A stretch of DNA of 64,000 bases from Promethearchaeota archaeon (GTDB taxonomy: Archaea > Asgardarchaeota > Lokiarchaeia > Sigyniarchaeales > SOKP01), in NCBI GenBank assembly GCA_016839555.1, contig JAEOUA010000012.1, positions 224,001 through 288,000 of the forward strand. Reading direction: 5' to 3'. Every line of letters begins with the position of its first letter. Within the stretch, counting starts at the first letter, position 1. The notes beneath the pieces are model-generated. The model had not been told where the DNA came from. It searched no databases and was given only the letters and a program-made list of their open reading frames with translations. This document shows, in pieces, positions 39,182 through 48,793 of this stretch. The position numbers were made by a program, and so were the translations under genes.

Positions 39182-39709
39182 ATGAAATACTCTAATTTTA
39201 AAAATTCTGAATTTTATACATTTTTTAATATAAGTGAAACGTTATCGGAGAAATTTAGCGCTGATTTAACAAAAATATCATTAAAAACAGGCGGGTTTCA
39301 AGAACATATTGATCTTTATATTTATAGAGATAATAACGATGAAATTAGGAAAGTTCAATTATACTTAAATCGAGATTGGATAGGCAATACTAATTCAATA
39401 AATCCTTTTGGTACGGATATAGCAAAGAGTTTTATTGATCTTTTTTTACCTAAAGAGTATGATCCTAAATTTAAAAAGCATCTTGTTCATTATCTTTTCA
39501 ATTTGAGAGGCGATCATCAAGTGGTTATTCCATTACATAAAGCATTCCAAGGATTTGAGGAATCATCTCCCGAAATCCAACCTTTTTTAGATGTATATCG
39601 AAATACAAAGAAAACAGCAAGAAAAACCTTTAAAGATTTTGTTTTAAATATGGAAAACCTCATAAAAAATGATAAGAACCTCCTTTTTATTGAAATTAAT
39701 TGCAAATGA
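39182..39709 (+). CDS. Hypothetical protein, probably co-transcribed with the MTase
   Basis: 11 bp downstream, same strand. Confidence 0.7.
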   Translation: MKYSNFKNSEFYTFFNISETLSEKFSADLTKISLKTGGFQEHIDLYIYRDNNDEIRKVQLYLNRDWIGNTNSINPFGTDIAKSFIDLFLPKEYDPKFKKHLVHYLFNLRGDHQVVIPLHKAFQGFEESSPEIQPFLDVYRNTKKTARKTFKDFVLNMENLIKNDKNLLFIEINCK

Positions 39710-39795
39710 TCGAATTTAATTAAAAAAAAATCTTTATCAAAAATTAGAATATATAAACTCCTTTTTTAATAAAAAAACAAAAGATGTAAAAGAAA

Positions 39796-40431
39796 ATGGA
39801 CTCCAAGAAGAAACTTTTCGAAAATATAGAAATTATAATTTTCCGGATTATATTATGCATTATAAGCTGGTATAGTTTGTTGACATTGATATTTAGAAGC
39901 CTCTTTTATGCAATTCAACAAAAGAATATAAACATTTTTATAGGTATATTGAGTTATTTCTCAATTCAAACAGATATATTAATAGCATTATGGTTAACTT
40001 TTTCATTGATATATATGAATAAAGAGAAAAAACCTATATTTCTACATCCTAGTGTTCTCGGGGCTATTACCGTATATGCTTCTTTTACATTTTTAGTTTT
40101 TGTGTTTATATTACAGCCATTAGAACAGTTCATTATAATTGATGTTAACCATTATTTCATCCCTGTTTTTTTTATTATCCATTGGTTTTATATTAAACCT
40201 AAAAATGAATATAAAAAAGCATATGCTTTATATTGGTTGATTTATCCTACTATTTATCTTTTTTATATCTTTATTGGTGGGATTCTAACTAATAAATTCC
40301 CTTATCCATTTTTAGACTTGAATCTTATTAATCCATTGTTATATATTATTAATAATATTCTCATTGTTGGCTTTTTTTATTTACTAGGAAGAATATTCAT
40401 CTTCATAAATCAAAAAAGTATAATAAAATGA
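39796..40431 (+). CDS. Pr6Pr/FAR-17a-like membrane protein
   Basis: YFSIQTD, HYFIPVFFIIHW, WLIYP, FPYPFLD. Confidence 0.75.
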   Translation: MDSKKKLFENIEIIIFRIILCIISWYSLLTLIFRSLFYAIQQKNINIFIGILSYFSIQTDILIALWLTFSLIYMNKEKKPIFLHPSVLGAITVYASFTFLVFVFILQPLEQFIIIDVNHYFIPVFFIIHWFYIKPKNEYKKAYALYWLIYPTIYLFYIFIGGILTNKFPYPFLDLNLINPLLYIINNILIVGFFYLLGRIFIFINQKSIIK

Positions 40432-40481
40432 AAAATTTTGAATAAATTCTTAGAAGAAGATGGAATTAAGACTTTTGTATT

Positions 40482-41483
40482 CTATGCAAGTTTAAAATAA
40501 AAATCACAATACTTATCACCTATCCCGAGGAATTTCTTCCTCTTTAAACTAATTTGAGGATTAAAAGCTTTTAAAGCCGGCTCATAAAAAGGAATACACA
40601 TTTCTTTGCATATCGCTTCAATTTTATCATGACGCTCAGGATTTCTCTGCATTATCTTGTAATAAGGGCATTCTGTAATATGTAAAATAGCTTCCCTCCT
40701 CTCATTTTTTACAATCTTATAATTATACCCTTCACAATTCCAGCAAAAAGATAATATTTTAATCAAATCTTGAAGTGAATTTCCTTGGATCGCTAAATAT
40801 CTTTTTATACGACGGAAGATTATTTTATATAATCGCTGCCATACTACAATATCAACCTTCAACGCAGTTGCCCAATCAATCTCATTCTCCACTTCAATAA
40901 TCCATAATCCATCCATTGTAAAAAAATTAGGTTCAAAATATAATAGTTTATCATTTACACCTATATTAAATTTAATTAATTCTTTAGACGGAAAGAATTT
41001 TTTATCATTATGATAAAATTGAAAATCACAATAATCGCTATCAAGTCCGCTAAAATATTCTCTTTTAATTTTGATATCTGCATTAAAGTCCTTTACAACA
41101 GTTTCATAAAAAGGAATACACATATCCTTGCATATTGATTTAATTCTATTATGACGATTGGGATTTCGTGTCATTGCTTCATTATAAGGGCAGGATATAA
41201 TCTTTATTATTCCATCTTCTGCAATTTCAAACTCCCATCCTTCAATTATCCAACGATAAGTTAGAATTTTAATTAAATTTTCGATATTATTTTCCTTAAA
41301 TCCTAAATAACGTTTAATTCTCCGTATTATGATTATTAATAATCTTACCCACACATTAAGATCTATTTTTAACGCAGTCTCCCAATCTGTTTCCTTTTCC
41401 GTCTCAATCATCCACAAGCCATCTAAAGTTTTGAAATGATTCTCAAAAAAGAATAGCTTATCCTTTTTCGATACTTTCTTCAT
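40482..41483 (-). CDS. Tandem-duplicated DUF6125/ATC-hydrolase (V4R-like) domain protein
   Basis: Two repeats of DGLW.IE.E.E.DW.TALK.D..VW...CPY...CK.MCIPFYE...CDF.F. Confidence 0.75.
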   Translation of the reverse strand: MKKVSKKDKLFFFENHFKTLDGLWMIETEKETDWETALKIDLNVWVRLLIIIIRRIKRYLGFKENNIENLIKILTYRWIIEGWEFEIAEDGIIKIISCPYNEAMTRNPNRHNRIKSICKDMCIPFYETVVKDFNADIKIKREYFSGLDSDYCDFQFYHNDKKFFPSKELIKFNIGVNDKLLYFEPNFFTMDGLWIIEVENEIDWATALKVDIVVWQRLYKIIFRRIKRYLAIQGNSLQDLIKILSFCWNCEGYNYKIVKNERREAILHITECPYYKIMQRNPERHDKIEAICKEMCIPFYEPALKAFNPQISLKRKKFLGIGDKYCDFYFKLA

Positions 41484-41621
41484 AATTTAGATAATTTAGA
41501 TTAAAAATTAAATGTTCTTGAACTAAAACAAAATTCTTTTATAGTGTTGAATAAATCTATTTAATCAATTTTTAATCAATAAATTAGTTTTATTATATTA
41601 ATATTATTAACTGATAATTTT

Positions 41622-42242
41622 ATGTCCAAAAAACCATGGAATGAACAATGTAATTGTCAAGATTGTGATCTACAAGAAAAATTAATGTGTAATCCAAGTC
41701 TAAAATATAGCCTTTATTTTGGGATTCCTCTGCTTCTTGGAATAATCCCTCCTATTATAGGAATAATTATTTCTGACTTCACCCTTCTTTCAAAAATTGT
41801 AATTTTATTAGGCTGGTTAATTTATGCTCTCTTCTTCTTTATGGTTTGGGAAAGTAGAATTATTTGTAATCATTGTCCTTATTATGCGGATGAGTCCCAA
41901 AAAACTCTTCATTGTCCAATTAATAAATTTATGTTAAAAACTTCAAAATATGATCCTAGTCAAATAAGTGGTTTAGAAAAGATACAATTTATTATAGGCG
42001 CAACAATTCTTATAGGATATCCAATACCATTCTTAATTATTGACGGACAAATCATTCCGATTCTATTCTTAATCGGTGGAACAATAATATGGATTATTGT
42101 AGCTCAATTAGAAGTATGTTCTGATTGTATCAATTTTTCTTGTATTTTAAATAGAGTACCTGAAAATATTAGAGATAAATTTTTAAAAAAAACCCCAATT
42201 ATTCAAAAAGCTTGGGAAGAGGAAGGATATGAAATTGACTAA
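41622..42242 (+). CDS. Cys-rich four-TM membrane protein
   Basis: CNCQDC...C, CNHCPYY...HC, CSDCINFSC flanking the TM helices. Confidence 0.75.
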   Translation: MSKKPWNEQCNCQDCDLQEKLMCNPSLKYSLYFGIPLLLGIIPPIIGIIISDFTLLSKIVILLGWLIYALFFFMVWESRIICNHCPYYADESQKTLHCPINKFMLKTSKYDPSQISGLEKIQFIIGATILIGYPIPFLIIDGQIIPILFLIGGTIIWIIVAQLEVCSDCINFSCILNRVPENIRDKFLKKTPIIQKAWEEEGYEID

Positions 42243-42260
42243 TCTAAATATTTATTATTA

Positions 42261-42286
42261 CTATGAAACCTTTCTATGAAACCTTT
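42261..42286. repeat. Perfect 13-bp tandem duplication CTATGAAACCTTT x2
   Basis: Seen directly at 42261-42273 and 42274-42286. Confidence 0.9.
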
Positions 42287-42424
42287 AGTTGTTTATAAAA
42301 AAGATTAATTCTTTTACCTCTCATATAAATCTATTCACTCATGAAATAAAAAAACCTAGTTGTTTAATATTCTATATTATAATAAGAAAATTTATTAGAG
42401 AATAAAAAAAAAAAATACATAATT

Positions 42425-43189
42425 ATGATTGAGAACTTTCTTTTTGGAATCCTTCTTAGTTTAATAGCTGGCCTCTCAACATCAATAGGAGGACTTATGG
42501 CATTTGTCTTTAAAGATCCAGGCCCAAAATTCCTTTCGCTAATTATGGGATTTTCTGCTGGTGTGATGATATTCATTAGTTTCGCTGAATTACTTCAAGA
42601 AGCCATTTCTGTATATGGGATTTTTATAGGATCCTTATTTTTCTTTTTAGGAATGGGAATCATGTTTGTAATTGATTTAACCATCACCCATAAATATCAT
42701 TTTCAAGAGGATTATTTTAAGAAGGAATGTACAATTGATGAGAGATTGACAAAAGCCTCGCTTTTAGTTTTTCTTGGTATTTTTATACATAATCTACCTG
42801 AAGGATTAGCAACAATGGTTGGAACTTTAGAAAATCTCCAATTGGGAATAATTCTAGCAGTTGCAATCGCATTACATAATATTCCTGAAGGAATTGCAGT
42901 TGCTATACCTACATGTGCTTCAATGGAAAGTGAGAAAAAAGGATTTTTCTGGGCATTCTTATCAGGAATGGCTGAGCCGATAGGGGCATTAGTTTTTGGC
43001 TTAATTTTTCTACCTTTTATTAATGAATATATATTAACAGCACTATTAGCTATGGTAGCAGGGATTATGGTATATGTTTCTATAGATGAATTACTACCTG
43101 TATCCCACTGTTTTGGAAATGAGAATATGTCGATGATTGGTATAGTTAGTGGGATGTTTATTATGGCTTTGAGTTTGTCTTTTATTTAA
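42425..43189 (+). CDS. zupT: ZIP-family zinc/metal transporter
   Basis: AGLSTSIGG, GFSAGVM, IHNLPEG, ALHNIPEGIAVAIP, SGMAEPIGA, ELLP. Confidence 0.93.
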   Translation: MIENFLFGILLSLIAGLSTSIGGLMAFVFKDPGPKFLSLIMGFSAGVMIFISFAELLQEAISVYGIFIGSLFFFLGMGIMFVIDLTITHKYHFQEDYFKKECTIDERLTKASLLVFLGIFIHNLPEGLATMVGTLENLQLGIILAVAIALHNIPEGIAVAIPTCASMESEKKGFFWAFLSGMAEPIGALVFGLIFLPFINEYILTALLAMVAGIMVYVSIDELLPVSHCFGNENMSMIGIVSGMFIMALSLSFI

Positions 43190-43209
43190 TGGAGTTTAAT
43201 TAAACTTTT

Positions 43210-44070
43210 TTAAGTTATTTTGAAGATCTTTTTTGCATTTTCATAAAAAATTTTTTTATAAAAATCTTTATCAAAATCAAATTCTAACAAACCTTCTGTG
43301 GATTTTTTATAATCATATGGTATATTTGGAAAATCACTCCCAAACAAAATTCTATTTTGAAATGATATTAATTCATCCTTATTTGGTTGCTTTACTTTCC
43401 GTTCCGGAAATATATTATTTGGAATAAAAACCATTGTAGTATCTAAATAGAGGTTATCATAATTATCTAATAAATTTAAGAACTTTTGATATTCAAAAGC
43501 TCCCATATGAGCAACAATAACATGAATATTCGGATATTTCTTAATGAATTTTAAAAAATTATCATATCCAACATATTTATTTTTATAGGGAGCAGTTCCA
43601 GCATGAATGCTGACCCATTTTCCTTGATCTACGATTATTTTATATATATCATTCATTCGGTCATCAAATGGATAAAAATTCTGTACTAAGGGCTGAATCT
43701 TAATCCCATAAAATTGATAGGAATTAAAAATCTTTTTAATATATTCTACTCGATTTTTATCTCCTGGCCAAATACAACCAAAAGAAATAGCATTTTTATA
43801 TGAGGTACTAAATTCATAAATCCACTCATTTAGCTTCTCTGCAATTCCCGCTTTATGAGCATAATTATATGTTGTAAAATGTGTGACGTTTTGATCTTTA
43901 AGAATCGAGATCATTTCATCAATACTTAATTTATATTTTATTGGCCAACCTTGAACTTTATTATTTTCATCTCTTCTTTCAAAAAATTTCCATATTGCTT
44001 TAAAAATATCTGTTGGAAATATATGAACATGTGAATCTATATATTTAAAATCTGTATGTTTATATCCCAT
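43210..44070 (-). CDS. Amidohydrolase family 2 metal-dependent hydrolase
   Basis: IDSHVH, IHAG, IVAHMG, ILFGSDFP, ENAK. Confidence 0.9.
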   Translation of the reverse strand: MGYKHTDFKYIDSHVHIFPTDIFKAIWKFFERRDENNKVQGWPIKYKLSIDEMISILKDQNVTHFTTYNYAHKAGIAEKLNEWIYEFSTSYKNAISFGCIWPGDKNRVEYIKKIFNSYQFYGIKIQPLVQNFYPFDDRMNDIYKIIVDQGKWVSIHAGTAPYKNKYVGYDNFLKFIKKYPNIHVIVAHMGAFEYQKFLNLLDNYDNLYLDTTMVFIPNNIFPERKVKQPNKDELISFQNRILFGSDFPNIPYDYKKSTEGLLEFDFDKDFYKKIFYENAKKIFKIT

Positions 44071-44217
44071 TAATGAATAAAAATTTCTTTTTTTTAAAGA
44101 ATTTTTTAAAATCTTTCATAAAAAGCTTAAAATCTATAATTTATTGCTTTATCTTAATTCAATTGAATTAATTATTTAATATTTTTATAAAAAAAAATAA
44201 AAAAATAAAAATGAATT

Positions 44218-44373
44218 TTAATCTTTTCTCTCTAAAGAGGTGAGTTCATTTTTGAGTAAATCTCTTATGGCAACTCTTATAGCTTCCGAACGATTTGGAT
44301 AATAATTAGATTCTACTAATTCCTCAATACCTTTTAAATATTGTTCAGGAACATGACATGTAATTAGTTTTAT
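44218..44373 (-). CDS. Ribbon-helix-helix (CopG/CdrS-like) regulator, 51 aa, probable AUA start
   Basis: Absent from the ORF track. (M)KLITCHVPEQYLKGIEELVESNYYPNRSEAIRVAIRDLLKNELTSLERKD*; AGGTGT SD 6 nt upstream of ATA; no in-frame NTG. Confidence 0.85.
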   Translation of the reverse strand: MKLITCHVPEQYLKGIEELVESNYYPNRSEAIRVAIRDLLKNELTSLERKD

Positions 44374-44671
44374 AGTACCACACCTATTTTATTAAAAGTT
44401 TTTTATTATTAATTTTAAAAACAGAAATCTAAAATTTATATTAATATAATATAAGAATAATACACATACTCAACTGATAATTAACTACTTTTAATTCTAT
44501 TATTTTTACAAGTAATATGAATTATTAAAAAAAAGAATAAAAAATTGTTGTTATGATTACAAATTTAGAAATTCATATAAATTCATAAAAAAAAACTCAT
44601 AACCCATTAATTCAAGGTTATATAGGCTTTATGAGATTATCTAAATATGTTATATTAATTATCTTTTTTAT

Positions 44672-45169
44672 CTATTTATTATTTTCGATATCTATATTAA
44701 TTTTTTCTGGTTCTTTTTTACCGAGTTTAATCTTTAACAGTCCATTTTCCATCTTAGATTTAATTTCGCTTTTATTAATATCTGACGGCAAGGGTATGTC
44801 CATGTTTATTCCTTTTTCCCAAAGATTTGTGAAAATTGCCTTGATAAATTGATTTCCAGGAAATTTATTTCCTTTTTGCTCGGGAATCTTATTTTTTTCA
44901 ACAACACTCTCCTTTTTCTTAGCTTTTATATTAATAGTATTGCCGATAAGATTGATTTGAATATCCTCTTTAGCAAATCCTGGTAATGGAATAATCAGCA
45001 TATAATTTTCATTGTATTCTTCTATATAATACGGAATCCAACGTTCAATGTCTTTGATATGATCTTTCATATGATTCAAAAGATCTTTGAACATAGATGA
45101 CATACCTAAACTAAAAAATGGCATTGCTCCACCTCGATAATGAACATTTCGCTCATAGCCATAACACAT
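44672..45169 (-). CDS. Small heat-shock protein (Hsp20/alpha-crystallin)
   Basis: PLPGFAKEDIQI, IPLPSDI...IKSKMENGLLKI. Confidence 0.88.
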   Translation of the reverse strand: MCYGYERNVHYRGGAMPFFSLGMSSMFKDLLNHMKDHIKDIERWIPYYIEEYNENYMLIIPLPGFAKEDIQINLIGNTINIKAKKKESVVEKNKIPEQKGNKFPGNQFIKAIFTNLWEKGINMDIPLPSDINKSEIKSKMENGLLKIKLGKKEPEKINIDIENNK

Positions 45170-45204
45170 TTCTTATACCTCCTTTTTTATTTTTTATAAT
45201 ATAT

Positions 45205-45855
45205 TTAAAAATTCTCAAATTCTTCATCATCATCAACAATTGGTATTGGTTTAGCCTCTTTTTCTCGCATTTCCTCCAGTTTTTCTAATAAATTCTTATA
45301 TCTCCCAATTTCATCAGTAACTTTTTTTTCATAATTTTTTAAGTGCCTTTTTCGCCGCTCCAAATTAGATATAGTTCTTTTGATGCGATCAATATTTTCT
45401 CTTGACAGATCATTTTCTTTAATTTTTGCTTCAAAAGAATAATCATGGAACGGGAAACCACTGAAGATATCATCTATTTTTTCATCAAAATTAACTCCTT
45501 GTAGTATAGTCCTTATGAATTTACCAAGAGTATTAAGACTAGGTTTAAAATAACCTCTAAGAGCTTTATTAAGCTCTTCGGTTCCCTTATCAGTTATTGT
45601 GTAGACCTTTTTTTTCCGATTATTTTCATCTATTAATTCTTCAGCGTTTACAAATTCTTTCTCTAATAATCGATCCAATAAGGGATATATTGTCCCCGCA
45701 GATGCCTTCCACATTGGTTTAAATTTTTTATTTATTTGTTGCGTTAAGTCGTATCCAGTAATTTTTGGATGTATCTTTATTAATGATAATACCAAAATTT
45801 GTAGTCCAGATAATGAACTGCCATGATACCCACTAAACCTTTTACCAAAAAACAT
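45205..45855 (-). CDS. PadR-family transcription regulator with C-terminal coiled coil
   Basis: TGYDL, WKASAGTIYPLLDRL, KKVYTITDKG. Confidence 0.9.
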   Translation of the reverse strand: MFFGKRFSGYHGSSLSGLQILVLSLIKIHPKITGYDLTQQINKKFKPMWKASAGTIYPLLDRLLEKEFVNAEELIDENNRKKKVYTITDKGTEELNKALRGYFKPSLNTLGKFIRTILQGVNFDEKIDDIFSGFPFHDYSFEAKIKENDLSRENIDRIKRTISNLERRKRHLKNYEKKVTDEIGRYKNLLEKLEEMREKEAKPIPIVDDDEEFENF

Positions 45856-45919
45856 TTATATTTCCTCCATTTTTGTTAATTTAAATTTCATATTGGACTG
45901 AAAGTACGTTCTGATTAAG

Positions 45920-46309
45920 TTAGTTTGGTTTTTGTTTTATCTGCATAATCTTATTATAAATTTCTGAGGGGATTTTATGTTCGATTTCACAGCAAAAATT
46001 GTTGATCACATCATCATCATTGATATTTAGAATATTTCTGAAAAATTCGATTAGAATCTCATATCGAGTATTAAGCTTTTTAGCAATATTTTTCCCCTTT
46101 TCTGTTAATCTAATAGACTTCCGTGGATCCCATTTAATGATTTTAAGGTCTTTTAGTTTATGTAGCATATTTGTAACAGAAGATGGTTTTATTTGTAATC
46201 CTTTGGCGATTTCCGAATTAGAAACCCAACCACCATGATTCTTTTTTGAAATTTTATCGATTATTTTAATATAATCTTCTTGACTTTCACAAAGTTCTAT
46301 ATCATCCAC
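45920..46309 (-). CDS. DtxR/MntR-family metal-dependent regulator (no FeoA domain)
   Basis: EDYIKII, SEIAKGLQIKPSSVTNML, LTEKG, CEIEH. Confidence 0.9.
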   Translation of the reverse strand: MDDIELCESQEDYIKIIDKISKKNHGGWVSNSEIAKGLQIKPSSVTNMLHKLKDLKIIKWDPRKSIRLTEKGKNIAKKLNTRYEILIEFFRNILNINDDDVINNFCCEIEHKIPSEIYNKIMQIKQKPN

Positions 46310-46336
46310 TTTTTATACCTTCAGTCAATATTTTTT

Positions 46337-46422
46337 TATGTTCGATTTTTTATACATTATTCGATTTTATATATATTACAGATCGAATACTCCTTTATAA
46401 ATATTATCATAAATCGAACATA
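46337..46422. promoter_or_regulatory. Nested inverted-repeat operator overlapping the dtxR-padR-hsp20 promoter
   Basis: TATGTTCGATTT (46337-48)/AAATCGAACATA (46411-22) and TATTCGAT (46358-65)/ATCGAATA (46382-89); TTTATAAA TATA-like box at about 46394-46401. Confidence 0.65.
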
Positions 46423-46640
46423 TCAAGAAAACTGGTAAATTTCGAATTCAATCATTTTAGAGATTTTAGGATAATATTACATCTTCAAGATAATTTAAAA
46501 TTTACTTTATAAGAGAAATATAGATGATAAAAAATATTTCTCCTATTAAATTAATATTCATACTAATTATTATTCTCAAAAATAAATTTATAAAGGATGA
46601 TGAAAAAATTCTGCGAATTTAAATTGTTAAATTCTAAATA

Positions 46641-46925
46641 ATGAAAGAACAACATATGAATTTTTATAAAGAGACAATAGAGATATATGAGAGCATAGAT
46701 CTTAATTCTGATGAGAAAGAAATTGCTTTTTGTAAAATAATTACAAAATTAATGAGATTATATACAAAAAAATATACTCTTGACGAAATTAAGAACTATC
46801 TAATTTTTGTGTTAATGCTATATAAAGATATATTAAAAAAGGCCTATAACCCAGGAACTTCATTGAATGAATTAAGTTATAGAAAGAGAAAAAAGGTATA
46901 TGATATCCTGATTTCTGAACTCTAA
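46641..46925 (+). CDS. Hypothetical protein
   Basis: 94-aa helical ORF. Confidence 0.55.
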   Translation: MKEQHMNFYKETIEIYESIDLNSDEKEIAFCKIITKLMRLYTKKYTLDEIKNYLIFVLMLYKDILKKAYNPGTSLNELSYRKRKKVYDILISEL

Positions 46926-46993
46926 AAAATGCTCTAATGTATCAATATTAATTATTTTTTTTTATGTTACACTTTTTTAAAAAAGAACAGAAC

Positions 46994-47332
46994 TTAATAT
47001 TCTCTCCAAGTATTTTTACATTTTAAACATCGAAAAAAGGTAGTACTGGGTTCATCTGCACTTCTAGTTTGTTCTTGCCAAGTTTCAGCTTTAGAATATT
47101 TACATTTGGGGCATATTCTATTAACAATAAGATTAACTGAAATTTTATCTTCCGGATTCACTACAATTAGATTTTTTTCAAGAGCCTTTTTTTTCTCTTC
47201 AATTTTTTTTCTTTTTTTTTTATCATCAATGATAATTGGTTTTTTAAATCCACATCTACACGCCAAATATGTTTTTCCATTACTGATTGTTTTCCTTAAT
47301 AATGAACCACATTCAGGGCAAAATTCTACCAT
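46994..47332 (-). CDS. tfs: Transcription factor S (TFS/RpoM)
   Basis: FCPECGS...CRCG, CPKC...QTRSADEPSTTFFRCLKC. Confidence 0.95.
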   Translation of the reverse strand: MVEFCPECGSLLRKTISNGKTYLACRCGFKKPIIIDDKKKRKKIEEKKKALEKNLIVVNPEDKISVNLIVNRICPKCKYSKAETWQEQTRSADEPSTTFFRCLKCKNTWREY

Positions 47333-47352
47333 TGTTAAACAGTTTTTATATT

Positions 47353-47685
47353 TTATTCTTCAAGTAGCTCTTTCTTTAATTCGTATAATTTACGATAATA
47401 TTTGAAATTCAGCTTATTCATATCTTGAATAATAAGACTATCCAAAATTTTTTCACCAGAAGTGGTAATACGGAGTTCTCCTATAACATTAATCAAATCT
47501 TCTTCATTAAAATTAAATTCTACATCCTTTAAATCAACCTTCAACTGAGCTGATTCGTCATTAAGCAAAATTGTATTATCTTCGTTAATTTTTTTCACAT
47601 ACCCAGTAACTTGAATTTGTAAATCATCGTTTTTAATATCATTAATAATTCTCTGTTTTGCATATTGATTTTCCATTTCAATCAC
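47353..47685 (-). CDS. RPA small subunit (RPA14/Rpa3-like OB fold)
   Basis: RIINDI...IQVTGYV...LNDESAQLKV...INVIGEL...IIQDMNKLN followed by a C-terminal trimerisation-type helix. Confidence 0.65.
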   Translation of the reverse strand: MIEMENQYAKQRIINDIKNDDLQIQVTGYVKKINEDNTILLNDESAQLKVDLKDVEFNFNEEDLINVIGELRITTSGEKILDSLIIQDMNKLNFKYYRKLYELKKELLEE

Positions 47686-47851
47686 AATTAAAAAATTTTT
47701 GAATTAATTACTAATAATTATAGAATTATTTATAGTCAGATTTTAATTGTTAAATGAGTAATATTATTAAATCACTAATATTAAATTTATTAATATAAAA
47801 AATCTTAATTGCTATTAATATTTAGATAAAATAGGTATTAAAGAGCGGAAT

Positions 47852-48655
47852 ATGTCGAATTTTAAGTTAAAACTAGAAAATAGTCGGGTTTTAAAAGGAA
47901 TTGTGGAAACTCTATCAAGTATAATTGATGAAACTGAATTTAAGGTGACTCCGGATGAATTTATGATAACAGCCATGGATCCGAGTCGAATATGTTTGTT
48001 AAAATTATCAATTAAGAAAGAAGATTTTGATGAATATGAATGTGATGAGGATACAAAAGTAGGTCTTAATTTAGATGATTTAGATAAAATTTTGAAAAGA
48101 AGTTCAACCGATGATTCAATTCAAATAGATTTTAAAGAAGCTGATAATAAAATTAAAATTATTATGCAAAGAGAGGGTATGACAAGAACAAGAACCTTTA
48201 GTTTGGCTCTTTTAGATATTGATATAGAGGAAATACCCATGGATAATCTATTACAGATAGAATATCCATCAAAATGGGTTATTGACCCAGAATTTTTGGT
48301 TGAAGCGATAAAAGATGCAGAAATTTATTCAGAGATATTAAATATTAAAGCAGAAGAAGAAAAAGGGTTAACATTTAGTTCTTCGGGGCAAATAGGGGAA
48401 ATGATATATAATCTCGGGTCAGAGGATTTGATTGAGACTCAAATAACCGATAAAAATACAGGAGCTTATAGTCTCACCTTTTTAAAAGCTATCTTAAAAA
48501 TTGCCCCCATTACAGAGAAACTTGAAATCTCCTTAAAAACAGATCATCCTCTCAAAATGATTTATAATTTGCTCGAAGGGGGCGAATTGAGCTATTTTCT
48601 TGCCCCTCGTGTAGAAGAAACCGAATTCGAAGACGAAGATATGGATGAATTTTAG
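47852..48655 (+). CDS. pcn: DNA polymerase sliding clamp PCNA
   Basis: AMDPSRICL, VGLNLDDLDKILKR, YSLTFLKAI, DHPLKM, YFLAPRVE. Confidence 0.97.
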   Translation: MSNFKLKLENSRVLKGIVETLSSIIDETEFKVTPDEFMITAMDPSRICLLKLSIKKEDFDEYECDEDTKVGLNLDDLDKILKRSSTDDSIQIDFKEADNKIKIIMQREGMTRTRTFSLALLDIDIEEIPMDNLLQIEYPSKWVIDPEFLVEAIKDAEIYSEILNIKAEEEKGLTFSSSGQIGEMIYNLGSEDLIETQITDKNTGAYSLTFLKAILKIAPITEKLEISLKTDHPLKMIYNLLEGGELSYFLAPRVEETEFEDEDMDEF

Positions 48656-48793
48656 TCATTCTTTAAATATTAAAATTATATAACTATTATTACAGAAAAT
48701 AGACCCTCTCTCCATATATTTTATATCTATAATTTTCTATCCTTAATATATATAAATATTATTCCTATAGCTGTAAGAGAGGTTTAAAATCTT

